Shown piece by piece: positions 27,989 through 37,999 of a stretch of DNA of 64,000 nucleotides. The DNA comes from Terrimicrobiaceae bacterium (GTDB lineage: Bacteria; Verrucomicrobiota; Verrucomicrobiia; Chthoniobacterales; Terrimicrobiaceae): positions 32,494 to 96,493 of the forward strand of contig JBIIPZ010000006.1 of NCBI GenBank assembly GCA_044342325.1, read 5' to 3'. A program made the translations under genes and the position numbers. Under the pieces are notes generated by a model. It ran no database searches, was not told where the DNA came from, and saw only the letters and a list, made by a program, of their open reading frames with translations. Positions within the stretch are counted from its first letter, which is position 1. Every line of letters begins with the position of its first letter.

Positions 27989-29839
27989 CTACTCGACTGT
28001 CACGCTCTTGGCCAAGTTTCGCGGCTTGTCCACATTGCATCCGAGAGAGACTGCCGTGTGATAGGCGAGAAGCTGAAGGGCAATGGTGTTGAGAAACGGG
28101 CTCAGAAATCCCAGTGCCGCTGGCAGGAGGATCGCCTCATCGCAGAGGGATGCGAGTGTGTTGTCGCCCTCCGTGCCGATAGCAATCACCGGACCCCGGC
28201 GCGCTTTGATTTCCTCGATGTTGCTCACGTTTTTTTCAAAGACATCATCTTGTGGAGCCAGGACGATGGTGGGTGTTTCGTCATTGATGAGAGCGATAAT
28301 ACCATGCTTCAGCTCGGCGCTTGGATGTCCTGATGAGGCGATGTAGGTGATTTCCTTCATCTTGAGTGCTCCCTCCAGAGCGATCGGGAAATTTGCCTGC
28401 CGGCCCATAAAGAGAAAATTCCGGGTCTTGGCGTATTTCGTAGCGATGGCCGCGATTGCGGAATCTCGTTCGAGTGTGCGCGCAACGAGATCGGGAAGCC
28501 GCTCCAAGCTTTCGATGATTTCGGCCGCGTCGGCTTGCGAGAGGTCTCGGATGCGGCCGAGCATGAGTCCAAGCATGGCGAGAATCGCGAGTTCGGAGGT
28601 GAATGTCTTGGTCGCTGCCACCCCGATTTCAACCCCCGCACGGAGGCCGATGCCTCCATCGCTCTCGCGACTGATCGTGCTGAAGACATTGTTGCAAATG
28701 CCAAGTGTGAGGGCGCCTTTCCGCTTGCTCTCGCGCAAGGCGGCGAGCGTGTCGGCCGTTTCTCCGCTCTGGCTCATAGCAAAGACTGCGGTCTCCGGAT
28801 CCAGCGGCGCGTTGCGGTAGCGGAACTCGCTCGCGTAGTCGCACTCCACAGGAATCCGCGCCAGACTCTCGATCATGTATTCCCCCGCGAGAGCTGCATG
28901 GAATGTTGTTCCGCAGCCAGTGAGGATGATGCGCTTCAGCTCGCGGAGCTGTTCGTTCGTGCGATGGAGACCTGTGAAACGGGCAGTGGATTCCTCGGGA
29001 ATCAATCGGCCCTTCATGGCCTCGCGCAGAGTGTCAGGCTGCTCATGAATTTCCTTGAGCATGTGGTGTGGAAAAAGCCCTTTCCCTGTGGCGCGCGCCT
29101 CTACCTCGATTTTTCGGAGCTTCGGCGCAGCTGCCGTGCCGCCAGATACGGTGGCCAGATGGAAGGACTCGCCATCAAGCGCGGCGATGTCCTGATCCTT
29201 TAGGTAGATGATATCCTGCACCCAGCCATCCAGAGCGGCAGCATCGCTCGCTATAAACTGGGCATCCTTTCCGATGCCCAGCACCAGTGGACTCCCGCTG
29301 CGCGCGGCGGCTAGGAACCGTCCGAGATCCGCATGGATGACAGCAATGGCATAAGTGCCTCGCACATGGCGCAGGGCTTCTTGCATCGCATGAAGTAGCG
29401 CTGAACGGTTTCGGTCTGCATTTTGATCAAATGCCTCGCCGATCAGGTGCGCAAGAACCTCCGTATCCGTCTGCGAGCGGAAGACATGTCCTCTGCCGGT
29501 CAGTTCGTCCCTAAGATGCTTGTGGTTTTCCACAACGCCGTTGTGCACGAGAGCCAGTCTGCCGGAGGCGTCCAGGTGCGGATGGGCGTTCTCGGTGGTC
29601 ACGCTTCCGTGCGTGGCCCAGCGAGTGTGGCTGATGCCGGGATTCCCTTGCACGGGATTCCGCGCCACTTCGTCCACAAGCTGCGAGACACCTCCCACGG
29701 CCTTACGCGTTTTGATTTCATTTCCGCTCAACACAGCCACACCGGCCGAGTCGTAGCCCCGATATTCCAGACGACCCAGCCCCTCCAAAAGGAAGGGCAG
29801 GGTGTCTGTTTTTCCAATCGTTCCAACAATTCCACACAT
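27989..29839 (-). CDS. glmS: Glutamine--fructose-6-phosphate aminotransferase
   Basis: MCGIVG, EYRGYDSAG, HTRWATHG, SQSGETADT, PRNLAKSVTVE. Confidence 0.97.
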   Translation of the reverse strand: MCGIVGTIGKTDTLPFLLEGLGRLEYRGYDSAGVAVLSGNEIKTRKAVGGVSQLVDEVARNPVQGNPGISHTRWATHGSVTTENAHPHLDASGRLALVHNGVVENHKHLRDELTGRGHVFRSQTDTEVLAHLIGEAFDQNADRNRSALLHAMQEALRHVRGTYAIAVIHADLGRFLAAARSGSPLVLGIGKDAQFIASDAAALDGWVQDIIYLKDQDIAALDGESFHLATVSGGTAAAPKLRKIEVEARATGKGLFPHHMLKEIHEQPDTLREAMKGRLIPEESTARFTGLHRTNEQLRELKRIILTGCGTTFHAALAGEYMIESLARIPVECDYASEFRYRNAPLDPETAVFAMSQSGETADTLAALRESKRKGALTLGICNNVFSTISRESDGGIGLRAGVEIGVAATKTFTSELAILAMLGLMLGRIRDLSQADAAEIIESLERLPDLVARTLERDSAIAAIATKYAKTRNFLFMGRQANFPIALEGALKMKEITYIASSGHPSAELKHGIIALINDETPTIVLAPQDDVFEKNVSNIEEIKARRGPVIAIGTEGDNTLASLCDEAILLPAALGFLSPFLNTIALQLLAYHTAVSLGCNVDKPRNLAKSVTVE

Positions 29840-29851
29840 GACAGGTTTTGG

Positions 29852-31453
29852 TTACTTCAAGTTGCCGCTGAGCGGGGTGAAGGTGAAGCCGAGCTCCTGA
29901 AGACCGATCACCGTTTTGCGAAGTTCCTGAGGGTCCAAATACCAGTGGAAGTAGAATCCCGCCCAACCATCGCGGACAACTTTCAGAGCCTTGGCGCGTT
30001 TCAGCAAATCCTCCGATGTCGTCGGTGCTTGTAGCTCATACCAGCCAAAGGGATCGATGTAACCGATCGTTTCCGGCATGCGCTTGAGCCCATAGGTATC
30101 GCGGTAGATGTAGGGCGAATTCAACTCTGTTGCCTGAGTCTTCCCAGTTGCGTCGTTGAAGAAGAAAATACCACGGTCACAGGCAAACGGGTGAATGCTT
30201 GCGAAGACCTTGTAGTCAACCGGCGATGCCAAATAGTGAGGTGTGAGCCAGCCGACGGGGTTGAATCCCGCGTTCTTCAAGATGTTCAAACCACGGTTCA
30301 CCCGGTTACGGGCCCAGCTTGCCGAGTCCCCGGGGATGGGGCCGACAAGCGTGAGAAACCCCTGCTCATCTGCGGTGACGCGGTAGAATTCATAATCATC
30401 GCCGCTCACGCCGGTGTAGGGATTCATGATTCCATCGATCTGGTGCGTTGTTCCGTGTTGAAGAACCTGCCCGCCCTCGCTGACCCAGCGCCGCATCTCT
30501 GCGGATACCTGCGAGTTTTTGGTGATGCGGACATTTTCACTCACGCCATCATTGTAGATGCCGGACCAGTCACGATACTCGGGGATGAGGCTGATCGTGA
30601 ATGGCACATTCAAGTCCGCCAGCGCATTGCCCAGCGATTTGAGGGTTGGCAGGTCGCAAACGGCGGCCACATCCTCGATTCGGAAGAAGGCGCGGTGGTT
30701 TTCCTCATGATAAATCCCAAGCATGTCGTGGAGCAGGTCTGCAAAGGCGAGCGAGCGATTCTCGAATGTCGTTGAGATCATCGGCATGTCGGCGACGAAC
30801 CAGAATTTCCCGCTCTGCACGATGTAAGGCCACTCGGTTCCGCCCTCATCCAAACACACCGCGTGGACGATCGCTTTCGACGGCTCGGTGATGCGAATGC
30901 GGCTTAAGCCGGCATCGAACGGATCCTTTTCCAGGTTCGTGTTTTTATAAACGACCGTGGGATGTTTCTCGCCGGAGTAGGACTCAAGCTGAAATCCATA
31001 GCGATCGCTGAATTGTGTGCGCGGTGCGTAGTTCGAAAGGTCCCACGCATAACGCCACAGGTTCACACCCATCCACACGAAAGGCTTCACAGTGTTCTCC
31101 AGATCGGTCTGGAATGCCGCAGGCAATGGCGATTCGTTCCACACAGAGGCGACATAAAATGCCGCGTCATTTGCAGCGATATCACCAGATTTGTATTTCG
31201 CCAGTGGCGTGCGGGTGACTTTGGCGTCAAAGTGCCCGAGCAGGTTTTGCAGCTTGAGAGAATAGATTTCCCCAAGCCAACCCCACTGGCCTTCGTTGTC
31301 ATAGACGACGAGTATGTTGGGTGTTGCTGGCAGTGTTTGGCTCTGCATTGGGGGTGGTGCGAGCAAAACCACTGCGGTGACGACCAAGGCGACGAGGCAT
31401 CCACAGGGAATGACCATCGACAAGGATGAGAGTATTTTAGGTTTTGCGTTCAT
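29852..31453 (-). CDS. Exported DUF2334 / polysaccharide deacetylase-like protein
   Basis: N-terminal hydrophobic anchor; FRIEDV, QHGTTHQ, WLTPHY, FYFHWY are NodB/CE4-like motifs. Confidence 0.75.
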   Translation of the reverse strand: MNAKPKILSSLSMVIPCGCLVALVVTAVVLLAPPPMQSQTLPATPNILVVYDNEGQWGWLGEIYSLKLQNLLGHFDAKVTRTPLAKYKSGDIAANDAAFYVASVWNESPLPAAFQTDLENTVKPFVWMGVNLWRYAWDLSNYAPRTQFSDRYGFQLESYSGEKHPTVVYKNTNLEKDPFDAGLSRIRITEPSKAIVHAVCLDEGGTEWPYIVQSGKFWFVADMPMISTTFENRSLAFADLLHDMLGIYHEENHRAFFRIEDVAAVCDLPTLKSLGNALADLNVPFTISLIPEYRDWSGIYNDGVSENVRITKNSQVSAEMRRWVSEGGQVLQHGTTHQIDGIMNPYTGVSGDDYEFYRVTADEQGFLTLVGPIPGDSASWARNRVNRGLNILKNAGFNPVGWLTPHYLASPVDYKVFASIHPFACDRGIFFFNDATGKTQATELNSPYIYRDTYGLKRMPETIGYIDPFGWYELQAPTTSEDLLKRAKALKVVRDGWAGFYFHWYLDPQELRKTVIGLQELGFTFTPLSGNLK

Positions 31454-31598
31454 AATTTTGGTTTTCCTGACGCTTGAACTTCACGGTGGGCGATGTGCCC
31501 CGCCATGGGGTCAAAGCCCGAGACTTCCCTGCGGCGAACGGAAAAAACTTTATGTTGCGGCGGATTTCGCATCCGATCCGCGCACTCGATTCCGGATT

Positions 31599-33623
31599 TT
31601 GCAAACCTCTCTTCACTTTCAACTGGATGCCACCTGCGCCGGCACGCGCGCGCGGGCGGCAACATTTCGCACCTTGCACAACGAGGTTCGCACACCCCTC
31701 TTCATGCCGGTGGGCACGCATGCGACTGTCAAAGCGCAGACGCCGGATTTTCTACACGACTCCGGCTCGCAGATCCTGCTGGCGAATACCTACCACCTCC
31801 TGCTGCGCCCCGGAGCGGAGGTCTTTCGCAGTGTCGGAGGCATCCACCGGTTCATGAGCTGGGAACGCTCGGTGCTGACCGATTCCGGTGGATTTCAGAT
31901 CTTCTCATTGCCGCATTCGCGATCCATGAGCGAGGCGGGCGCGGTTTTTCAGAGTTACCTCGATGGCCGCACGATTGTTCTCAGCCCCGAGCTGAGCATC
32001 GAGACGCAGAAAGCGATCGGCAGCGACATTATGATGGTGCTCGACCAGTGCGTGCCTTCTACGGTGGATGAGGCCACGGCCCGTCAGGCTATGGAACTCA
32101 CACACCGCTGGGCCGCTCGAAGCCTTGCGGCGAGGGGCGACTCCCGGCAGGCGATGTTCGGCATTGTGCAGGGAGCGTTGAACCAGTCCCTGCGCCAAGC
32201 AAGCGCCGAGGCGCTTTGCGCGATGCCCTTCGAGGGATTCGCTATCGGAGGTCTCGCCGTGGGCGAGGGGAAGAGCGAGCGCGAGGACACCTGTGAATTC
32301 ACAGCAGCCCTTCTGCCGGATGACAAACCCCGCTATCTCATGGGCGTGGGAACGCCGCTCGACATCCTCGAAGCCGTCCACCGGGGCGTGGACATGTTCG
32401 ATTGCATCATTCCCACCCAAGTCGCGCAGCGCGGCGGGGCTTTCACGTCGCGCGGGTTCCTCCAACTGCGGCGTGGCATTTACAAAACCTCAAACGACCC
32501 GCTGGATCCGGACTGCGGCTGCCCGACCTGCGCCAAGTTTTCCCGTGCCTATTTGCACCATCTTACCAAGTGCAGGGAGACGCTGGGCTGGCAACTGATC
32601 GGCCAGCACAACATTTTCTTCTACCACCAGCTCATGGCTGAGATGCGGCAGAGTATTCTCGAGGACAGATTTCTAGCCCTCTACGAAGAAAAGCGCGCCA
32701 TTCTCGCCGAGGATGACTTGGACAATCCGGTCACGCCAATGCGGCGTAACCCGCCCCGTTCGATCACGCTGGGGGAATACAAAATCCACACGGCTATCGA
32801 AGGCTTCTCGAGCATTCTCCATGTGAGTTCGGGCGAGATCATGCACTCGCGCACGCCGCCGATGGATGAGGCCCGCAGCCTCTACATCGAGCAATCGCGC
32901 CTCGCCTCCCGCCTTCGCGAGGAAACGAGCGAGCCGCTGGTGATCTGGGATGTTGGCCTTGGAGCGGCGGCGAATGCCATGGCCGCCATCGAGTGCTACG
33001 AGGCGCTGGCGCATGAGGGGCCGGTGCGTCCGATGCGCATTGTGAGTTTTGAGAATGATCTCGATTCACTGCGCCTGGCCTTGAAAAACAACGATCGGTT
33101 CCCCTACCTGCGTCATGCTGGACCTCCGGCCATTTTGAAGAATGCCACCTGGGTTTCGAAGCAGCATGAGCGCCTCTCCTGGCAACTTCACGAAGGAGAC
33201 TTTCTGGATCTTCTAGCCCAAGCCGTGCCGCCGGACCTCGTGTTTTACGACATGTTTTCCGGAAAGACCTGCGCGCCTGCGTGGACCGAGGCCGCCTTCC
33301 GGGCCATGCTCGCCGTTTGCGGTTCGCAGGATGTCGAGCTTTTCACCTACACCTGCTCCACGGCATCGCGCGTGGCCATGCTCGGCGCGGGTTGGGGTGT
33401 GGCGCGCGGGCGAAATGCGGGCGACAAGGAGGAAACGACCATCGCATTCACGCATCTGGACAAGGCCCTCGAGCGCGGTCGCGATGTTCTCGCCGCCGAG
33501 TGGCTCAAAAAGTGGAATCGTTCCGCCGCGAAATTTCCGCCTGGGATCGCCCTTGCTGACCATGAAAAATTTGAGGCCAGAATCCGAAGCCTGCCCCAGT
33601 TTGCCGGAATCGATTCTGTGTAG
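31599..33623 (+). CDS. tgt: tRNA-guanine(34) transglycosylase fused to a C-terminal MnmC/MnmD-type SAM methyltransferase
   Basis: FMPVGT, NTYHL, TDSGGFQ, GIVQG, GGLAVGE, YLMGVG, DMFDC, CxCxxC; continues in frame into WDVGLGAAAN...SFEND...YDMFS...LFTY. Start uncertain (TTG 31599). Confidence 0.9.
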   Translation: MQTSLHFQLDATCAGTRARAATFRTLHNEVRTPLFMPVGTHATVKAQTPDFLHDSGSQILLANTYHLLLRPGAEVFRSVGGIHRFMSWERSVLTDSGGFQIFSLPHSRSMSEAGAVFQSYLDGRTIVLSPELSIETQKAIGSDIMMVLDQCVPSTVDEATARQAMELTHRWAARSLAARGDSRQAMFGIVQGALNQSLRQASAEALCAMPFEGFAIGGLAVGEGKSEREDTCEFTAALLPDDKPRYLMGVGTPLDILEAVHRGVDMFDCIIPTQVAQRGGAFTSRGFLQLRRGIYKTSNDPLDPDCGCPTCAKFSRAYLHHLTKCRETLGWQLIGQHNIFFYHQLMAEMRQSILEDRFLALYEEKRAILAEDDLDNPVTPMRRNPPRSITLGEYKIHTAIEGFSSILHVSSGEIMHSRTPPMDEARSLYIEQSRLASRLREETSEPLVIWDVGLGAAANAMAAIECYEALAHEGPVRPMRIVSFENDLDSLRLALKNNDRFPYLRHAGPPAILKNATWVSKQHERLSWQLHEGDFLDLLAQAVPPDLVFYDMFSGKTCAPAWTEAAFRAMLAVCGSQDVELFTYTCSTASRVAMLGAGWGVARGRNAGDKEETTIAFTHLDKALERGRDVLAAEWLKKWNRSAAKFPPGIALADHEKFEARIRSLPQFAGIDSV

Positions 33624-33675
33624 CCCTCTTCTCCCGCGTTGCGAAATCACGGCCGCTCGGACAATCTCAAAACCC

Positions 33676-34773
33676 ATGCGAAATGTCGTCATTCTTGGAG
33701 TCACAGGCTCCATCGGCCAGAGCGCCCTTAAGGTGGCGCGTGACATCCCCGACCGGATGCGAATAGTCGGAATGTCCGCTCATTCCAATACGGAAGGGCT
33801 TGCCGCTGCCGCCCGCGAGTTTCCGGAGGCAAGGACGGCCCTATCCAGAGCGCCGGACGGCATCGATCGTCTTGTGGAACTCGCGACGATGCCAGAGGCC
33901 GATCTGGTGCTCGTATCGATTGTCGGAACCGCTGGCCTGCGCCCCGCCTTGGCCGCCATCGAAGCTGGAAAAGACATCGCCGTGGCGAGCAAGGAAATCC
34001 TGGTCATGGCCGGTGAGATCGTGATGGAAGCCGCGCGGCGAAAAGGTGTGCGCGTTCTGCCGGTGGATAGCGAGCATAGCGCGATTTTTCAATGTCTCGA
34101 AGGCCGCGATGCAAAAAGCGTTAGGCGTCTCATCCTCACCTGCTCTGGAGGACCATTCCGCAGAACGCCAGCGGCAGAGTTACAAAATGTAACTCCCGAA
34201 ATGGCCCTGCGCCACCCCACATGGAACATGGGCCGCAAGATCACGCTGGACTCCGCCACCTTGTTTAACAAGGCGCTTGAAATGATCGAAGCACGCTGGC
34301 TTTTCGACATCGGCATGGATCGCGTCGAAGTGGTCATCCATCCGCAAAGTATCGTGCATTCAATGGTCGAATTCGTCGACCGCTCAATCCTCGCCCAACT
34401 CAGCCACTCCGACATGTGCCTGCCGATCCAATACGCCGTGACCTGCCCCGAGAGGGTCGAAAACTCCCTCCGCCCGCTTGATTTCGCCTCCCTCGGAAGC
34501 CTGGATTTCGAAGCCCCTCGCCGCTCCGATTTTCCAGCGCTCGACCTCGCCACCGAAGCCGGCACACTTGGCGGCACGCGTCCCGCCGTCTTGAATGCCG
34601 CGAACGAAGTCGCCGTAGAAGCTTTTCTGGGCGGCCTTATCGCCTTCCCGGGAATCTGGAAACTGGTGGCCGAGGTTTTAGAGAAGTGCCCCCATACGAA
34701 GCATCCATGCTTGGAGGCCCTGCTGGCAACCGATGCTGAAGCCCGCCGTCTTGCCTCGGCCTCGATCGGCTAA
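33676..34773 (+). CDS. dxr: 1-deoxy-D-xylulose-5-phosphate reductoisomerase
   Basis: ILGVTGSIG, LPVDSEHSAIFQ, HPTWNMGRKIT, LNAANE; start at ATG 33676. Confidence 0.96.
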   Translation: MRNVVILGVTGSIGQSALKVARDIPDRMRIVGMSAHSNTEGLAAAAREFPEARTALSRAPDGIDRLVELATMPEADLVLVSIVGTAGLRPALAAIEAGKDIAVASKEILVMAGEIVMEAARRKGVRVLPVDSEHSAIFQCLEGRDAKSVRRLILTCSGGPFRRTPAAELQNVTPEMALRHPTWNMGRKITLDSATLFNKALEMIEARWLFDIGMDRVEVVIHPQSIVHSMVEFVDRSILAQLSHSDMCLPIQYAVTCPERVENSLRPLDFASLGSLDFEAPRRSDFPALDLATEAGTLGGTRPAVLNAANEVAVEAFLGGLIAFPGIWKLVAEVLEKCPHTKHPCLEALLATDAEARRLASASIG

Positions 34774-36524
34774 ATTTCCGCCGGCTCGACCCAGCGGCCG
34801 TGTTCGCGGATGAGGTCCACGAGGCGGTCAACGGCTTCGGTTTGGGGGATGTTGAATTTCACAGGTGTCTTGCCGACATAGAGGTTCACCTTGCCGGGGG
34901 CGCCGCCGACATAGCCGAAGTCGGCGTCGGCCATTTCGCCGGGGCCGTTCACGATGCAGCCCATGATGGCGATTTTTACGCCTTTGAGGTGGCTGGTGGC
35001 GGCTTTGATGCGGGCGGTGGTTTCTTGGAGATTGAACAGGGTGCGGCCGCAGCTTGGGCAGGCGACATAGTCGGTTTTGAAAATGCGGACGCCTGCGGCT
35101 TGGAGGATGTTGTAGGCGATGCGGAGGGATTGGCCGGGAGCTTCTTCGCCTTGGACGAGAACCGCGTCGCCGATGCCATCGCAGAGCAGGGAGCCGATGT
35201 TGGTGGCGGCATTCAGGAGATTGTGGACGAAATCGGTGGAAGCGGCTGGTGTGAAGGTGTCCTTGAGCAGGATCGGATGCCTGGCCTCGATGAGTGAGGT
35301 CAGAAGCCTGTAGGCGCCGATGACCGGCAAATCGCACGAGTCCGGGATCGTCACAAAAAGAGACGCGGGGGATTTGTTCACCTGGGCGATGGCAACCGCA
35401 TCGCACGGGTCGATTTCGACGAGGCCGCAATTCTCGACGATCAGCTCGGGTTTGTAGTCACCGAGGCCTGCGATTTTGTGGGCGACCTTGTCGTAGGCGG
35501 CCTGTGTCACTGCGACGCGCACGAGTTCCGTGCCGCCGATTTGATATTCGCCGACTTGCAGAACTGAGCTTGCGCGGCGGGTGTAGGAGAAAGGATCGAA
35601 CGGCCAGGCCGGAAGTGCCGGCATCGGTTTGCGATTGGCGGCGATTTTTTCCAAGGCCTGCGCCACGGGGATTTCGTGTTCGGAATCCTCCGTGAGCGAA
35701 ACGCGGATTGTGTCGCCTATGCCGTCTGCGAGCAGGCTGCCGATGCCAATGGCGCTCTTGATGCGGCCGTCCTCGCCATCTCCCGCCTCGGTGACGCCAA
35801 GGTGGATCGGGTAGTTCCAGCCGCCACCTTCGGTGCGATCGAGTTCGTCGAGGCGGGAGACAAGCAGGCGGTAGGCTTGAATCATGACCTTGGGATTCGA
35901 CGCCTTCATCGAAAAAACAAAATCGTGGTAGTCGAGTTCGCGGGCGAGGCGCGCGAACTCCAGTGCGCTTTCGACCATGCCGAGCGGCGTGTCGCCGAAG
36001 CGGTTCATGATGCGGTCGCTCAAGCTGCCGTGGTTCGTGCCGATCCGCATCGAGATGCCGCGATCCTTGCAGAGCGAGACCAGCGGGGTGAAACGCTCGC
36101 GGATGCGCAAGATTTCGGCGGCGTATTCGGTGTCCGTGTATTCGCGGATATTGAATTTTTTCGAGTCGGCGAAATTGCCGGGATTGATGCGAACCTTGTC
36201 CACCCACTTGGCGGCCTCCAAGGCGGCTTCGGGCTTGAAATGAATATCCGCAACCAGCGGCACATCGCAGCCTGCCGCATGGAGCGCATCCCTGATGGCT
36301 TCAAGGTTGCGGGCATCCTTCACGGTCGGCGCTGTGATGCGGACGATTTCGCAGCCGGCTTGTGCCAGGCCGAGTGTCTCATTCACGCAAGCGGCGGTAT
36401 CCATCGTATCACTCGTCAGCATCGACTGGACGCGGACGGGGTTTTCGCCCCCGATGGCGGTGCGGCCGGTTTTCACCTCACGGCTGGGACGCCGACCTGG
36501 ATAGCTTCGGAACACCAGCGACAT
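34770..36524 (-). CDS. ispG: HMBPP synthase IspG, long form with inserted domain
   Basis: VRVQSM, LVADIHF, RINPGN, HLGVTEAG, CPSCGR, MGCIVNGPGE. Confidence 0.96.
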   Translation of the reverse strand: MSLVFRSYPGRRPSREVKTGRTAIGGENPVRVQSMLTSDTMDTAACVNETLGLAQAGCEIVRITAPTVKDARNLEAIRDALHAAGCDVPLVADIHFKPEAALEAAKWVDKVRINPGNFADSKKFNIREYTDTEYAAEILRIRERFTPLVSLCKDRGISMRIGTNHGSLSDRIMNRFGDTPLGMVESALEFARLARELDYHDFVFSMKASNPKVMIQAYRLLVSRLDELDRTEGGGWNYPIHLGVTEAGDGEDGRIKSAIGIGSLLADGIGDTIRVSLTEDSEHEIPVAQALEKIAANRKPMPALPAWPFDPFSYTRRASSVLQVGEYQIGGTELVRVAVTQAAYDKVAHKIAGLGDYKPELIVENCGLVEIDPCDAVAIAQVNKSPASLFVTIPDSCDLPVIGAYRLLTSLIEARHPILLKDTFTPAASTDFVHNLLNAATNIGSLLCDGIGDAVLVQGEEAPGQSLRIAYNILQAAGVRIFKTDYVACPSCGRTLFNLQETTARIKAATSHLKGVKIAIMGCIVNGPGEMADADFGYVGGAPGKVNLYVGKTPVKFNIPQTEAVDRLVDLIREHGRWVEPAEI

Positions 36525-36526
36525 TT

Positions 36527-37903
36527 TTACTTAGTCTGCTCGGCGACTGGAGCCTTCGAGGCAACGATGTCGCCCACATCGTAGAATGTGAGATAGAGCA
36601 TGAAGCCGATGAGAAGCACGGCGCAGGCCGTCTGGACTACTTCAAGAACCCGGACGCTGATCGGCTTCCTGCGGATGGCTTCGATGATCGCGAGAGTGAT
36701 GTGTCCACCGTCGAGAACAGGAAACGGAAGCAGGTTCATGAGGGCGAGGTTCACATTGATGAGAACGCTGAATGCCAACGCGATTCTCCATCCGTTCTCT
36801 GATTCGAAAATCTGGTAGTAGAGACGCATGATGCCCACAGGGCCGCTGAAGTGGGCGGCTTTGACATCCGACGCTGGCGAGAGCAGCGCCCCGACCATGC
36901 GGAAGATGCTGGTAGCGGCATCCTTCACCTGCTCAAGCGGCGATGGATGCACCAAAACAGAGCGTCCCCACTCGATGCCGAAATTCACCGGAGCGGCGTC
37001 CGGAGTGGCATCAGGTAGTTTCATGCTCAATTTGAGGTCCTCGCCTCCGCGTTCAACTCCGAAGACGACATCCTTGCCGCGATTCGCGTCAATGACGGGC
37101 CCCATCTCGCTCAAATTGAAAACGGGAACGCCATTGATGTCGGTCACCAAGTCTCCGGCTTGGAATCCCGATTTCTCAGCAAGGCTGCCTTTCACAACAA
37201 AGCCCACTCCGGGCATGATGCGCGGTCCGATTTGGACTTCGCGCAGCGCGGGTCTGCGCCAGCTTGAAGTTTCGGGTTTCGACCATTTGGAATCGATAGT
37301 GATTTCCTGCCCTTCGCGCAGAACAGTGAAAGGAATCGTCTCCCCTTCGCTGCGCACGATGCGCCATTTCACGCTATCCGTGCCGCTCAGGAAGTGCTTC
37401 ACGGGTTTGCCATCCACCGCGATGATCTGGTCCCCGGGGCGGAGTCCGGCCACGGCTGCGGGGCCCCCATCCTTCACATAGCCGACGACCGTGGTGTCGA
37501 ATTCGCTCTGGGGTTTTCCAACCACCCACACGATGCAGGCCATGGCGAAAGCAAGGCCGAAGCTGAAAAGCGGGCCAGCTGCAGCGACGATGATTTTATC
37601 GAGCGGCTTGACCGGAGGGAGCTGTTCGCGGGCGTTTTCGGACTCCCCCTCGAGCGCCTCCATCGGCGCGAGCTGCGGAATCGCGACGAAGCCACCTGCG
37701 GGGATCGAGCCGAGCCGGTATTCCACCCCGCCGATCGTTTTGCTCCAGATCGGCTTTCCGAACCAGATGGCAAACTTCTCGACCACGAGACCGCGCCAGC
37801 GCGCTGCTAAAAAGTGCCCCAATTCGTGGACGACAATGAGCAGGTTGAAGATCAGTAGAACCTCGAGGCAGATGAATAAGAATTTCAGACCGTCAAAAAA
37901 CAT
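36527..37903 (-). CDS. rseP: RIP metalloprotease RseP (site-2 protease, two PDZ domains)
   Basis: HELGH, AAGPLF, NLLPFPVLDGGH. Confidence 0.93.
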   Translation of the reverse strand: MFFDGLKFLFICLEVLLIFNLLIVVHELGHFLAARWRGLVVEKFAIWFGKPIWSKTIGGVEYRLGSIPAGGFVAIPQLAPMEALEGESENAREQLPPVKPLDKIIVAAAGPLFSFGLAFAMACIVWVVGKPQSEFDTTVVGYVKDGGPAAVAGLRPGDQIIAVDGKPVKHFLSGTDSVKWRIVRSEGETIPFTVLREGQEITIDSKWSKPETSSWRRPALREVQIGPRIMPGVGFVVKGSLAEKSGFQAGDLVTDINGVPVFNLSEMGPVIDANRGKDVVFGVERGGEDLKLSMKLPDATPDAAPVNFGIEWGRSVLVHPSPLEQVKDAATSIFRMVGALLSPASDVKAAHFSGPVGIMRLYYQIFESENGWRIALAFSVLINVNLALMNLLPFPVLDGGHITLAIIEAIRRKPISVRVLEVVQTACAVLLIGFMLYLTFYDVGDIVASKAPVAEQTK

Positions 37904-37999
37904 AATGAGGCACTCACCATCCTCCGATCCTTGAAAAAATCAATCCGGCACTGCGGAGCGCCCTCGACAGCAGCAGGCGGGCGCGGATAAAAAAGCCCC

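Noticed and set aside
31520..31555. AAAAAACT upstream of tgt suggested a preQ1-I riboswitch
   Set aside because: No P1 stem with the conserved loop precedes the A-tract.
31454..31598. Possible glmS ribozyme or c-di-GMP riboswitch upstream of the DUF2334-glmS pair
   Set aside because: The conserved core motifs of these RNAs are not present on the minus strand.
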